A DNA stretch of 64,000 bases from an uncultured virus (IMG/VR IMGVR_UViG_3300037601_000035) (lineage: Duplodnaviria; Heunggongvirae; Uroviricota; Caudoviricetes). The position numbers and the translations under genes were made by a program. Shown piece after piece: positions 46,935 to 57,158 of the stretch. Location: IMG/VR virus record IMGVR_UViG_3300037601_000035. One strand, written 5' to 3'. Below the pieces are notes generated by a model. The model did no database searches. It was not told where the DNA came from and was given only the letters and a program-made list of their open reading frames with translations. Each line of letters starts with the position of its first letter. Position 1 is the stretch's first letter.

Positions 46935-49049
46935 TTATTTTGTTACATTTAATGTTTTAGTTTGAATTACACCATTATTTGAGATAATAATAGTATACAT
47001 TCCTGAAGGGAAATTTTCTACGTTTAAAGTATAAGTAGAATTAATAGTAGTATTTTCGAAAATTAATTTTCCCGTAATATCTGCAATTTGTATTTTTATT
47101 TCTTCAGAATTATCTTTAACAAATGTTAATATAGTAGTATTACTTGCAGGATTAGGACTAATTGAACTAAATACAAAAACATTAGAATTTTCAACTATTA
47201 CTTTATCTTCATTATTATTTGAATCAAAAGCAGTATTAGTTTCTCCTAAATCAACTAATGCGTTTTCTTCTCCTACTGTAATAGTATCTTGAATTCCTTT
47301 TTCTACATAAAAATCAACACAAGTAGTATCATCATCTTTCTTAGGATCGTATAAATATTCAACCCAAGCACATGCTTTATATTTTCCTTCTTCTCTAATA
47401 ATTAAATTAGGGAATGTTACTAATCTTGAATTGTATCTACCTTGTGGCAAGTCTTCTAAGAATGAAACTTCACTATAAACTTGATTTCCGTTTTCATCTT
47501 CTACTGTCATTCTGAAATTAACATTTGAAGCATCTGAAATACCGTTATTTAGAAATTCAACTACTGGAGAATGAGGTTTATTAACCTTTAATGTATCTCC
47601 TGATTTAGGATTTTGAAACTCTCCTGCAGTTAATTGATCGTTGAATTGAATTTCAAAATAGTGTCTACCACCTTCTCTAGGTAACCAGTTATTGAATTCT
47701 TCTTCATCAAAATCATATCTTACTTCAAATTCTATGTAATATTCTCCAACTCTCGATTCTCTAAAATTAGCAAAATTAACTTCATGCTTTTCTCCAGATT
47801 GAAGAGGAAAAACATTAGGATCATTTGTAGCATCAAAAACTACTTTAGGTAATGTTTCAACAATATTATCTGTATCTGCATCATAAATTGTAGCATATAC
47901 TTCAAATTTACTTACCGGATTTAAACCCGTATTTTGTACTTCACAATCAATTGCTATATTAGTGTTTCTAAGATATTTAAAGAATCTTGGAAATCTACTT
48001 GTTCTAGGTGAAATAATATCAGCAACTGACATATCAAAATTATTTGCTACTGTAAATATATTAATTCCTTCTGCTCTTTTCCCAGAAGCTTTAATTAAAG
48101 TAACTTTAACTTTATATTCACCGCCTTTAGTAGGAGAAAAAGTTCCTTCTACAATACTTTTAGCATTTACACCAGAAGCAGATTCTATTTCAATTTTAGT
48201 ATCATTTGTTCTAATAAGTACTTCTTCTTGTAAAGTAGTTGGATCTAATGCAGTATAAACTACTTCAGTTGATGGTAAAGGACCAGAAATCTCATACATA
48301 AATTTAGTACCTGGTCTTTGTGGTCCTTTAAAGATTACTGCAGGTAAATCAAAATTAGTCATTTGACCGTTGAACATTCTTTGAGTACCATCATAATCTT
48401 CATTATTAAATAAAATGTCTCCGTTAGTAGGATATGTTTCAGGAACAGGAGCTACAAAATTAATTGCATAATCTTCTATTTCTCCATAGGCCCATTGATA
48501 ACCAGGTCTAAAATAAGCAGTACAAGGGTCTGTATATCTATTATAAGCATTTGCCATTATTCTCATAACAGATGGTCCTTCTGGTACGTCTTCTCCGATA
48601 GTAAATTCAAAATTTTCAGTATACACTATTGGTGGCGGAATAACAAATCCAGAAGCTCTATATCTTATACCAATAAATTCTTCATCTGGTCCTATTCTAT
48701 TAAAGTCCCATCTTTGATCATCATTTTTATCAATATAAGCTCTTACATAACCTCTATAATAAACACCCCATTGAACTTGTAATTCAAAATCGTTTCCGAT
48801 ATTAAATTCATAAGGTCCATCAGTTTCATCAATAGTTGCCCACTGTTCAAATCCAGTATCTACTCTTTCAAGAACAGTAGAACTTTCAGTTATATCTTCA
48901 ACGATTACATCGTCAATAATAGCATAGTTTCTCCAAAATCTCACATAATCAAATCCACAATACTGTGCACTTGATTCTTGAGGAAGAAACATTAATAAAG
49001 ATATAAGCGCTAAAGAACTTATACCTATTTTTTGTAATAATTTTTTCAT
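46935..49049 (-). CDS. Secreted protein: signal peptide, GEVED-like domain, Ig/CARDB-like domains, T9SS type A C-terminal domain
   Basis: MKK..hydrophobic..SSA-Q; GEIEDY; ISPNPA...I.DITGK....GMY.I......KTLNVTK. Confidence 0.85.
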   Translation of the reverse strand: MKKLLQKIGISSLALISLLMFLPQESSAQYCGFDYVRFWRNYAIIDDVIVEDITESSTVLERVDTGFEQWATIDETDGPYEFNIGNDFELQVQWGVYYRGYVRAYIDKNDDQRWDFNRIGPDEEFIGIRYRASGFVIPPPIVYTENFEFTIGEDVPEGPSVMRIMANAYNRYTDPCTAYFRPGYQWAYGEIEDYAINFVAPVPETYPTNGDILFNNEDYDGTQRMFNGQMTNFDLPAVIFKGPQRPGTKFMYEISGPLPSTEVVYTALDPTTLQEEVLIRTNDTKIEIESASGVNAKSIVEGTFSPTKGGEYKVKVTLIKASGKRAEGINIFTVANNFDMSVADIISPRTSRFPRFFKYLRNTNIAIDCEVQNTGLNPVSKFEVYATIYDADTDNIVETLPKVVFDATNDPNVFPLQSGEKHEVNFANFRESRVGEYYIEFEVRYDFDEEEFNNWLPREGGRHYFEIQFNDQLTAGEFQNPKSGDTLKVNKPHSPVVEFLNNGISDASNVNFRMTVEDENGNQVYSEVSFLEDLPQGRYNSRLVTFPNLIIREEGKYKACAWVEYLYDPKKDDDTTCVDFYVEKGIQDTITVGEENALVDLGETNTAFDSNNNEDKVIVENSNVFVFSSISPNPASNTTILTFVKDNSEEIKIQIADITGKLIFENTTINSTYTLNVENFPSGMYTIIISNNGVIQTKTLNVTK

Positions 49050-49198
49050 AAGTTTTATTATTAAATTGTTTATAATCTATATAATGTATAAAAACATTTT
49101 TTACTTTTTGTTACAGAGTAACGTTAAATATTTTTTTATTTAAAAAATTTTTCTTATATTACATCCTAATTATTTATTTAATATAGGAAAACTATAAA

Positions 49199-49489
49199 AT
49201 GAAAAAATTATTTTTAGTAATTATTAGTACATTTATTTTTTTGGGATGTGAAAAAGAAGAAGAATTACACCTCCCTCCAAATTCTTCAAATTCTTATGAA
49301 TTTGTTCGTCATTCTGATTTTAATGAAGGTTATGGTATTTATATTGTAACTGTTAGAAATTGTGAATATGTTATTTATGAAAGAGGATATGGATCTGATA
49401 TGGAGCATTATGCTGATTGTCAAAATCCAAATCATATACAAAATCAAATGAAAACTAAAAAATGGAGCGCAGAAAATTTAGATGAATAA
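49199..49489 (+). CDS. Putative lipoprotein
   Basis: MKK..FLG-C lipobox-like signal. Confidence 0.65.
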   Translation: MKKLFLVIISTFIFLGCEKEEELHLPPNSSNSYEFVRHSDFNEGYGIYIVTVRNCEYVIYERGYGSDMEHYADCQNPNHIQNQMKTKKWSAENLDE

Positions 49490-50525
49490 AGAACAATTAG
49501 ATAGATTAGTAGAAGAAGGAATTTTATATAATCATGAACACGAAGAACTAGATTTAACAATTTACAATTATACACAAGATGTTCAATTTCATAAATTATG
49601 GGACGAAAATACTCTTCAGTGTAGAGGGTTAATTTTAAATTCTGAAAATAAAGTAATAGCAAGGCCTTTTAAAAAGTTTTTTAATTGGGAAGAATTACAA
49701 GAATTCCATCCTAAAGGTAAAGTTTCTGTATATGAAAAATTAGATGGATCTTTGGGAATATTGTGTTCATATAAAAATGAATGGATATGGGCTACTAGAG
49801 GATCTTTTTATTCTACTCAAGCTTATTTAGCTAGAGATTTATTTGAAAAATATAAAGAAGAAAATCCAACTTTATTAGATTCTTTAGATAAAAATTATAC
49901 TTATTTATTTGAAATAGTAGGTCCTTCAAATGTTATTGTAAATCAATATGAAAAAGACGATTTAATATTTTTAGGTGCAGTAGAAACTGAAAGTGGAAAA
50001 GAAATATTTCCTAATCATCATGACTTAAGATACATATTTCCAATTCCTGAATATTTTGGAACATTTGACTTTAAAGTTGATCTTATAGATGAATTTAGAA
50101 AACATAAAGATAACTTTGAAGGTTATATTTTTGTTGATGAAAATAATTATAGATTTAAACTTAAATTAGAAGAATATGTAAGATTACATAGAATAATTAC
50201 GGGATTTAATAGTAGAAGTGTTTGGGAATTTTTATCTCAAGGTAAAAATTTAGATGAAATATTGATTAAAGTTCCAGAAGAATTTTATAATTGGGTAAAA
50301 AATACTGCTGAAAAATTAAATATTCAATATATGAACATCATGATTCAAGCATTTGTAGATTTTTTAAATGCTTATGAAAGTACTTCAACTAAAAAAGAAT
50401 TTGCACTTAAGGTTAAAGATAATAAATATTCTTCTCAAATTTTTGCATTATATAATAAGAGAGTTGATATTGCTAGAGAAATAACATGGAAACAAATTAG
50501 ACCAAAAAATCCAACTACACTATGA
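49482..50525 (+). CDS. rnlA: RNA ligase 1 (T4 RnlA family)
   Basis: CRGL, RPFKKFFN, EKLDGSLG, ATRGSF, FE, EGY, KLK..EY. Confidence 0.92.
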   Translation: MNKEQLDRLVEEGILYNHEHEELDLTIYNYTQDVQFHKLWDENTLQCRGLILNSENKVIARPFKKFFNWEELQEFHPKGKVSVYEKLDGSLGILCSYKNEWIWATRGSFYSTQAYLARDLFEKYKEENPTLLDSLDKNYTYLFEIVGPSNVIVNQYEKDDLIFLGAVETESGKEIFPNHHDLRYIFPIPEYFGTFDFKVDLIDEFRKHKDNFEGYIFVDENNYRFKLKLEEYVRLHRIITGFNSRSVWEFLSQGKNLDEILIKVPEEFYNWVKNTAEKLNIQYMNIMIQAFVDFLNAYESTSTKKEFALKVKDNKYSSQIFALYNKRVDIAREITWKQIRPKNPTTL

Positions 50526-51064
50526 TAGATTTACAAGGAATAGATTCAAAATTAAAATATGAATACTCAGTGTATTTAACAGGAAAATTATTTGATAAAA
50601 TAAAAAGCAGAAAATTTAAACCTGGATATTATGTCTTTTCAACTAAAGAAGAAAGAGTTCTTTTTATGTCAGAACTAATTACTTATTCTTTAAATAAAAG
50701 AAATGAAGGAGTACCCATCGAGGAAGATGATATAGTTCATATTTATGATGAAGGTTGCCATGTTAGAATGAAACATATCGTTTCTTATTCTATAGAATAT
50801 GAAGGTAAGACGTATGATTTCGAAATAGAACATCCTATTTCTATTACAGAAGATGATATTAGGGAAACTTATTTTGTTAAAAATATGTCTTGTGATTGTT
50901 GGAAAAAACATATATTGAATCTTCAATATAATTTAAATATTCCTTTTACCGAAAAAGATCCTGAAACAGGAGAATTAGAATATCATAAATGTGGAAAAGA
51001 AATTCCATATTTAAACTTTAATATAGAACAAGTAGACTTTAAAAAAGATTATCTTCGCATTTAA
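50522..51064 (+). CDS. Hypothetical protein with possible metal-binding Cys residues
   Basis: NMSCDC and a distal CG. Confidence 0.55.
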   Translation: MIDLQGIDSKLKYEYSVYLTGKLFDKIKSRKFKPGYYVFSTKEERVLFMSELITYSLNKRNEGVPIEEDDIVHIYDEGCHVRMKHIVSYSIEYEGKTYDFEIEHPISITEDDIRETYFVKNMSCDCWKKHILNLQYNLNIPFTEKDPETGELEYHKCGKEIPYLNFNIEQVDFKKDYLRI

Positions 51065-51136
51065 TTTTTTTATTTAAAAATCTTTTCTTATATTACATCA
51101 CATTCAATTAACAAATAACTAATTTAGGAGTAGTTA

Positions 51137-51397
51137 ATGTCATTTAAATTTTATAAACACAATCGTTCTGACCAAGAATATGAATTATCAGAAGAAGATT
51201 TAAAGAAGCAATTTTTAAATTATTTAAAAACTTTAAATAAAGAAACTTTAGATTATTTTTCTGTAGGAAATTCTTTATGTAGAAAATTCTTAATGCAAAG
51301 AGATGATACAATGGATGTAGAAGATTATGAAAAAGTAGATGAATTTTTATATGACGTTAAAAGTAAATATATTGAACAAGTATTCGGAGAAAATTAA
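51137..51397 (+). CDS. Hypothetical early protein
   Basis: Class-A promoter at 51065-51097 and AGGAG. Confidence 0.6.
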   Translation: MSFKFYKHNRSDQEYELSEEDLKKQFLNYLKTLNKETLDYFSVGNSLCRKFLMQRDDTMDVEDYEKVDEFLYDVKSKYIEQVFGEN

Positions 51398-52270
51398 ATG
51401 CCAAGAGCAATAATATTACAAGGTGTTCCTGCTTCAGGAAAAAGTACATGGGCTAAAAAATATTGTACTAAAAATAAAGATTGGATTCGTGTTTCTAGAG
51501 ATGATTTAAGAAACATGAGAGGTCAATATTGGATTCCTAAACAAGAAAACTTAATAACTAAAATGGAAAGAGATTGTATTGAATCTGCTTTATTAGACGG
51601 AAAAAATGTTATAGTAGATGCAACCAACTTTAATCCTAAACATCTTAAATCTTTAAAAGATTTCATTAAAGAAGTAAATAAAAATACTCATATTGAAATT
51701 AAAAGATTTGATATATCTTTAGAAGAAGCAATTAGAAGAGATGTTCAAAGAGCAAATGGAGTCGGTGAAAAAATTATTAAAAACTTTTTTGATAAATATA
51801 TCAATCCTCCAGTAGAAAAAATGAAACAAGATGAATCTTTACCAAAAGCAATTATATGTGATATTGACGGAACTGTTGCTGAAATGGTAGATAGAAAACC
51901 TTATGATTGGCATAGAGTAATAGAAGATGCTCCAAGAACTGAAATCATTAATCTCGTAAAAATGTACAGGACTAATGGATATAAAATTATTTTCTTTACT
52001 GGTAGAGATGGAAATCCAGAATGCTGTAACCAAACTATAGAATGGTTAGAACATCATTTTGAATGGACAAATGAAAAAGATTTTGATCTTTACATGAGAA
52101 CTGCCGATGATAATAGAAAAGATTCTATAATTAAAAAAGAAATGTTTCATCAATATGTTGAAGGAAAATACTACATTGAAAATGTTATCGACGACAGGGA
52201 TTCTGTAGTTAAAATGTGGAGAAATAAGCTAGGGCTAAGTTGTGTACAAGTTAACTGGGGTGATTTTTAA
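51398..52270 (+). CDS. pseT: Polynucleotide 5'-kinase/3'-phosphatase
   Basis: GVPASGKST, RDD.R; DIDGTVA, TGR, RKD.IIK, DDR. Confidence 0.95.
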   Translation: MPRAIILQGVPASGKSTWAKKYCTKNKDWIRVSRDDLRNMRGQYWIPKQENLITKMERDCIESALLDGKNVIVDATNFNPKHLKSLKDFIKEVNKNTHIEIKRFDISLEEAIRRDVQRANGVGEKIIKNFFDKYINPPVEKMKQDESLPKAIICDIDGTVAEMVDRKPYDWHRVIEDAPRTEIINLVKMYRTNGYKIIFFTGRDGNPECCNQTIEWLEHHFEWTNEKDFDLYMRTADDNRKDSIIKKEMFHQYVEGKYYIENVIDDRDSVVKMWRNKLGLSCVQVNWGDF

Positions 52271-52394
52271 AATTAAAAAGTACAAACCTATATCAAAAGA
52301 AATATTATTGAAACGTGGCTTCTGTTGTGGAAATGGATGTGTAAATTGTCCGTATCTTCCAAAACATAAAAAAGGAAATACTAAAATAAAATAA
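52260..52394 (+). CDS. Small Cys-rich DUF5522-like protein (absent from the ORF track)
   Basis: Hand translation from GTG gives LLKRGFCCGNGCVNCPY. Confidence 0.7.
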   Translation: MIFKIKKYKPISKEILLKRGFCCGNGCVNCPYLPKHKKGNTKIK

Positions 52395-52651
52395 AAATGG
52401 AGTTTAAATGTCTAAAAGAATACGCGGGCAATTTATATTAACAAAAGATCATTTTAAATATCTTAAGGAAAGGTTTACCGATGAAGAAATAGATGAAAGA
52501 ATTTATAAAGATTTAGTTTGTAAAGCAGTTCAACAAGAATTTTCTTTAGAAGAATTAAAAGAAATTTTTCATTTAGAAAAGGAAATCGAAGGCGATCCAA
52601 TTAGCCAAGGAGATATTTATTCAATAGAATATAACACTAAAGGAGAATAAA

Positions 52652-52885
52652 ATGTTTAAACAAATATTAGGAATAATTGTGACTGTTATAAGTGGAATAG
52701 GATTAGTACTCTCTGGACTTGGATCTGGATTGGGACTTTTGTTTGTAGGATTAAAATTAATTGGAATTATTGATTGGTCTTGGTGGTACGTCACCCTACC
52801 GTTTTCTGTTCCATTAGTATCAATGATATTTTATATTTTAGGAATGATACTTCTAGAACAACCAAAAACTAGAAAAAGGAGATAG
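52652..52885 (+). CDS. Small membrane protein
   Basis: LKLIGIIDWSWWYV.LP motif common in phage membrane proteins. Confidence 0.7.
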   Translation: MFKQILGIIVTVISGIGLVLSGLGSGLGLLFVGLKLIGIIDWSWWYVTLPFSVPLVSMIFYILGMILLEQPKTRKRR

Positions 52886-53234
52886 AAATGTTTGATATGT
52901 TCGGAAAAAATAATTCAGAATTTTTTAATGAGCTTTTTAATCCTAAATGGGAGACTAAAGTTGGATCATATCCAAATGAAAGTTTATTTTTAGTAATACG
53001 TCAAAAAGATAAATATTATTATTTTATAAATCCTGAAAAATATTTTCAGCATGGAAGTACTTATTATTTCGGGAATCCTGTTTTAGAAATTGAAGATGAT
53101 AAATCATACACGGTAAGTTCTAAGGTTATTCATTTTATAGCATCAGAAATAAGTGAAAGATTTTATACAAAAAATCAATTTATTGACAATTTTAAAGAAT
53201 ATAAAAATTCACAAGAAAATAAAGAAGAAAATAA

Positions 53235-53456
53235 TTGAAATATTTTTGTGATAATAAAAGACATTTAATCTGCATTCCTTACTCAATAGAAAATCTTCAT
53301 TCAATGGCTATTGATTTAGGAATTGCTAAACATTGGTATCATCCAGGAAAATTTCCGCATTACGATATACCTAAAAAGAGAATAGAAGAAATTACTAAAA
53401 GATGTACATTAGTTTCTTCAAAGAAAATTGTGAAATTAATTAAGGAAAATTTATAA
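53235..53456 (+). CDS. DUF4031-like protein
   Basis: LH.MA..LG....W.......HYDI. Confidence 0.6.
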   Translation: MKYFCDNKRHLICIPYSIENLHSMAIDLGIAKHWYHPGKFPHYDIPKKRIEEITKRCTLVSSKKIVKLIKENL

Positions 53457-53729
53457 TATGAGTGGATATATCAGTTTAATAGAAGAAGTAGATATAGATG
53501 TTAGGATAGAAGATGTTTTCGAACAAATAGATGATAATGATTTAAAAAAGGAAATGAAGAGAAGAAATTTAGAATATTTAGAAGAAAAGCTTTCTGAAGG
53601 AATTCTTATAGAAGGGGTTCACATTAAAAGTTTAGAAGATGAATATAAGGTTAAAGTTATTACTTCCTTTTTAGAAAAGAATTTTAGAAAGATGAAAATA
53701 GAAGAAGTAGAAATGCTTTTTGGGGATTT

Positions 53730-54344
53730 ATGAAAAACTTAATGTTAATAGGAGACGTTCATGGTTATGTAGAACGTTATAATGATTTATTAAATAATGC
53801 ATTTGTTGAAGGAATTAATGATTCTATTCAATTAGGGGATTTCGGGTTTCAGAAACAACATGATTGGTTTATTGAAAATGTTCACGTTGGAAATCACAAA
53901 ATATTATTTGGTAATCATGACTATTATCCTTATTTAGATAAATCGTATTCATTAGGAAACTTTGGATATTTAGAAGAATATGATTTATTTTATATTAGAG
54001 GTGCTTGGTCAATAGATTATAGATATAGAGTTTTAGGAAGAGATTTATTTGAAAATGAAGAATTAAATGTAGAAGAATCAAATGAATGTATCAAACTTTA
54101 TGAAAAGGTAAAACCTGGAAGAGTTATATCACATGATTGTCCTTTAATGATTTACCCAATGGTTCGTACAAATACAGGTAAAATAGGAAATTCTCCTACG
54201 CCTAGATTATTAAATGAACTTTTTAAAATACATGAACCTGATGAATGGTATTTTGGACATCATCATAATAGTAAAATTATTTATATTAAAGACACTAAAT
54301 TTCAATGTTTAGATGAATTAGAAACTTATATTTTGGAGATTTAA
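53730..54344 (+). CDS. Calcineurin-like metallophosphoesterase
   Basis: GDVHG, LGDFG, GNHD, SHD, FGHHH. Confidence 0.9.
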   Translation: MKNLMLIGDVHGYVERYNDLLNNAFVEGINDSIQLGDFGFQKQHDWFIENVHVGNHKILFGNHDYYPYLDKSYSLGNFGYLEEYDLFYIRGAWSIDYRYRVLGRDLFENEELNVEESNECIKLYEKVKPGRVISHDCPLMIYPMVRTNTGKIGNSPTPRLLNELFKIHEPDEWYFGHHHNSKIIYIKDTKFQCLDELETYILEI

Positions 54345-54544
54345 AAAATGGGATTTAGAGGACATCAACAAATTACAAGAAGAGACGCTGAAAATGCTTT
54401 AAGAGATAAAATAGATTCGATGACAGATTACGAAGTCTGTAATTTATTAACAAGACTAGTAGATGACTATAATAATTACGAAATAGTGGATTCGAGAGAA
54501 GAAGCAGAAAGATATAATAATAGAGATAACGAGGAGTTTTAAAA

Positions 54545-55558
54545 ATGGGTGGAAATTTATTCAAAGATCAAGAAACAAGAAGAATTGAAAACAAAGAAGA
54601 ATATAACAGTTTAGTATATGAAATATTGGACCTTTTTCATTTATATTTACAAAATTATTATATTGTTAAACCTACTATTATGAATCTTATTTCTCCTGTA
54701 CAAACTTATAAAAGTAAAACTTCTTTTGGAGATATAGATTTTTTAGTTTCAAATGAATACACTGAAGAAATTAAAGAGACAATTAAAAATATTTCTGACA
54801 CTCATGTAAGAAATGGAAATGTAATTTCGTTTATTTTTGAAAAGGTTCAAATAGATTTTATTTTAACTCCACCAGAAAATTTAGAAACTGCACATTTCTT
54901 TTTTGATTATAACGATTTAGGTTTATTATTAGGAAAGCTTTGTTATTATAATAGATTTACTTTAGGACCAGAAGGATTAAGAATTAAAGTATATGACGAT
55001 GATAATGAAACTAAATTATTTGAAGAAGTTGTTTTATCTAATGTTCAACAAATTTGTATTTTTTTAGATTTGAATTATAATCAATGGAAAAAGGGATTTG
55101 ATACTTTAGAAGATATTTTTGAATTTGTGATTTCTTCTAAATATTATGATGAAAGAGCATTTAATGAAGAAAACTGGAATTCAGATCAAAGACATAGAGA
55201 TTCGAAAAGAAAAAATTTACAAAAATTTATGGAATACATGGAATTTAAAAAGAATAATCCTCCTCCAAGACCTACTCGAAAAGAAGTGTTTGAAGTTTTT
55301 AATGAACGTTTCCCCGAATTAAATTTAAAAGAAAAAAGAGATGCGGCTATTAAATTTAATGAAGCTAAAAGAGCAGCTAAAGAAAAATTTAATGGACATT
55401 TGGTTTCTGAAAAATATGGAATTGAGGGAAAGGAACTGGGAATGGTACTGAAGAATTTTTATTCTAAATTTGATAGCGAAGTAGATAGAATAAACTTTAT
55501 TAACAACAATACTAAAAATAACATTTTTAAAGTAATCGATGAAATTGTAGAAATCTAA
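54545..55558 (+). CDS. Pol-beta-superfamily nucleotidyltransferase
   Basis: MGG start, SFGDIDFLV, QIDFI; C-terminal FNG......GIEGKELG. Confidence 0.75.
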   Translation: MGGNLFKDQETRRIENKEEYNSLVYEILDLFHLYLQNYYIVKPTIMNLISPVQTYKSKTSFGDIDFLVSNEYTEEIKETIKNISDTHVRNGNVISFIFEKVQIDFILTPPENLETAHFFFDYNDLGLLLGKLCYYNRFTLGPEGLRIKVYDDDNETKLFEEVVLSNVQQICIFLDLNYNQWKKGFDTLEDIFEFVISSKYYDERAFNEENWNSDQRHRDSKRKNLQKFMEYMEFKKNNPPPRPTRKEVFEVFNERFPELNLKEKRDAAIKFNEAKRAAKEKFNGHLVSEKYGIEGKELGMVLKNFYSKFDSEVDRINFINNNTKNNIFKVIDEIVEI

Positions 55559-55586
55559 ATATATAATTTATTAAAAAAAAATAATT

Positions 55587-55886
55587 ATGGAAAATAAAAA
55601 AATAGTAGAATCATTTGATGACTTTCATAAATTAAATGAAGCCAAAGAAAATACCTTAGAGCTTATACGAGTTTATTCTCCTGTAGATGATTCAAGAGCA
55701 AATGCTTCTGGAACTTCACAAAGACTTTCTAATGATGAAATAATTTCATTGTTAAAAAATCCTGATGATATTTCTGATGACGAAGTATTTCATATAAAAA
55801 CTTCAGGGGAAAAAACAAAGAAAATGTCTATAGACCAGTTAGAAGGAAAAACTTTAATTTTTAAAGATAAAAAATATTCTATATGA
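55587..55886 (+). CDS. Putative internal head protein
   Basis: Leader IVESFDDFHKLNE; AATATATA at 55558-55565. Confidence 0.65.
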   Translation: MENKKIVESFDDFHKLNEAKENTLELIRVYSPVDDSRANASGTSQRLSNDEIISLLKNPDDISDDEVFHIKTSGEKTKKMSIDQLEGKTLIFKDKKYSI

Positions 55887-56278
55887 AAAGAATAGTAGAA
55901 TCATTTGATGAATTTCATACTAACACTTTTACTGGAAAAGAAGTAGCAGATCATGTTAAAAGCATAACACCTGAAGAATCTGATATACCAGACTTTTTTA
56001 TAGATGAATACATACTTCCTAATGATGGTTGGAAAATTCAAAATCTTAAAATAGAAGATTTATTAAAATCTGATCCTCACTTAAAAGAGTATATCGATAG
56101 CGGAGAAAATAGATACGAATCTGCAGATTCTGATTATGGAGATTACGTTCCTTATCCTGAAGAAGTAGAAGAATACATTGTAGTTTATAATAATGAGGTT
56201 TTAGACGGTTATTCTAGAATTTCAGAACTCGTAAGACAAAATGAAACTACAGTAACAGCATACGTCCTCAATAAATAA
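55883..56278 (+). CDS. ParB/Srx-like domain protein with targeting leader
   Basis: RIVESFDEF; IVV....VLDGYSR. Confidence 0.55.
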   Translation: MKRIVESFDEFHTNTFTGKEVADHVKSITPEESDIPDFFIDEYILPNDGWKIQNLKIEDLLKSDPHLKEYIDSGENRYESADSDYGDYVPYPEEVEEYIVVYNNEVLDGYSRISELVRQNETTVTAYVLNK

Positions 56279-56396
56279 AAACATAAAAATTTAATTTTTT
56301 ATCGATCCTGTTAAATTATTTTTAGCAGGATTTTTTTATTTAAAAAATTTTTCTTATATTACATCATATTCAATTAACACTTATAGGAAAAGTAAA

Positions 56397-56909
56397 ATGG
56401 GAATAATGAGAAATCAACAATATAATTTCTCAATAGATAAAAATGGATCTATTGAAATGGCTGGAGATATTAGAACTATTTTACATGCTTTAATTACTTA
56501 TTTAACAGGTAAATTGATAGTAGTTTCATCACATCATGGAACCTCAATAAAATTAAAAGATTATCCTTTTACTATACGATTTACTGAGTATAAAGGTGAA
56601 CATTTAATGTTTATTTTTAATAGAAATGATTGGGAAACTAGAATTAATTCACATGGATATAGTGATCGTATACAATGTAGAATAGGTTTAGAAGAAAAAC
56701 AAGGACTTTTACATATTTTATCTCAATATTCAGAAATATATTCATGGAATGATGAAAATGATTCTCCTACAATATCTATAGTTTTAAAGGACATTCCAAT
56801 AACAACTATAAAAGGGACGCCAGAAGAAGTCTTAGAATTTAATACTCAATTAGTAGATAATTTTACTTCTTCATTTAATTTAGCTAATTTATTAGTACAG
56901 GAAAATTAA
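56397..56909 (+). CDS. Hypothetical early protein
   Basis: Class-A promoter at 56331-56363. Confidence 0.55.
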   Translation: MGIMRNQQYNFSIDKNGSIEMAGDIRTILHALITYLTGKLIVVSSHHGTSIKLKDYPFTIRFTEYKGEHLMFIFNRNDWETRINSHGYSDRIQCRIGLEEKQGLLHILSQYSEIYSWNDENDSPTISIVLKDIPITTIKGTPEEVLEFNTQLVDNFTSSFNLANLLVQEN

Positions 56910-57158
56910 AATGAAAAAACTTAACTTTGAAAATAGAGATGAATTATTGGAAGAAATGGAAATCCTTCCAGACAAAACTAAAATTCAACCAAATAGATAT
57001 TGGTCAAATTTATTAGGATGCCATATTCAAATAAAAGAAGAAGATTCTTTAATGGATATTTTAGAAGAGATTTATGATATAGCATATAAACACGGTTTAG
57101 CAGAAGGTAAAACTACTAGAAGTAGAGAAATAAAACAATTGATATTAGGAGAATATGA

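Noticed and set aside
4172..54564. Small nested or antisense ORFs (e.g. 4172, 15922, 17298, 19112, 23523, 27556, 28758, 47962, 48495, 50690, 51839)
   Set aside because: They overlap well-supported genes in other frames and have no motifs or expression signals
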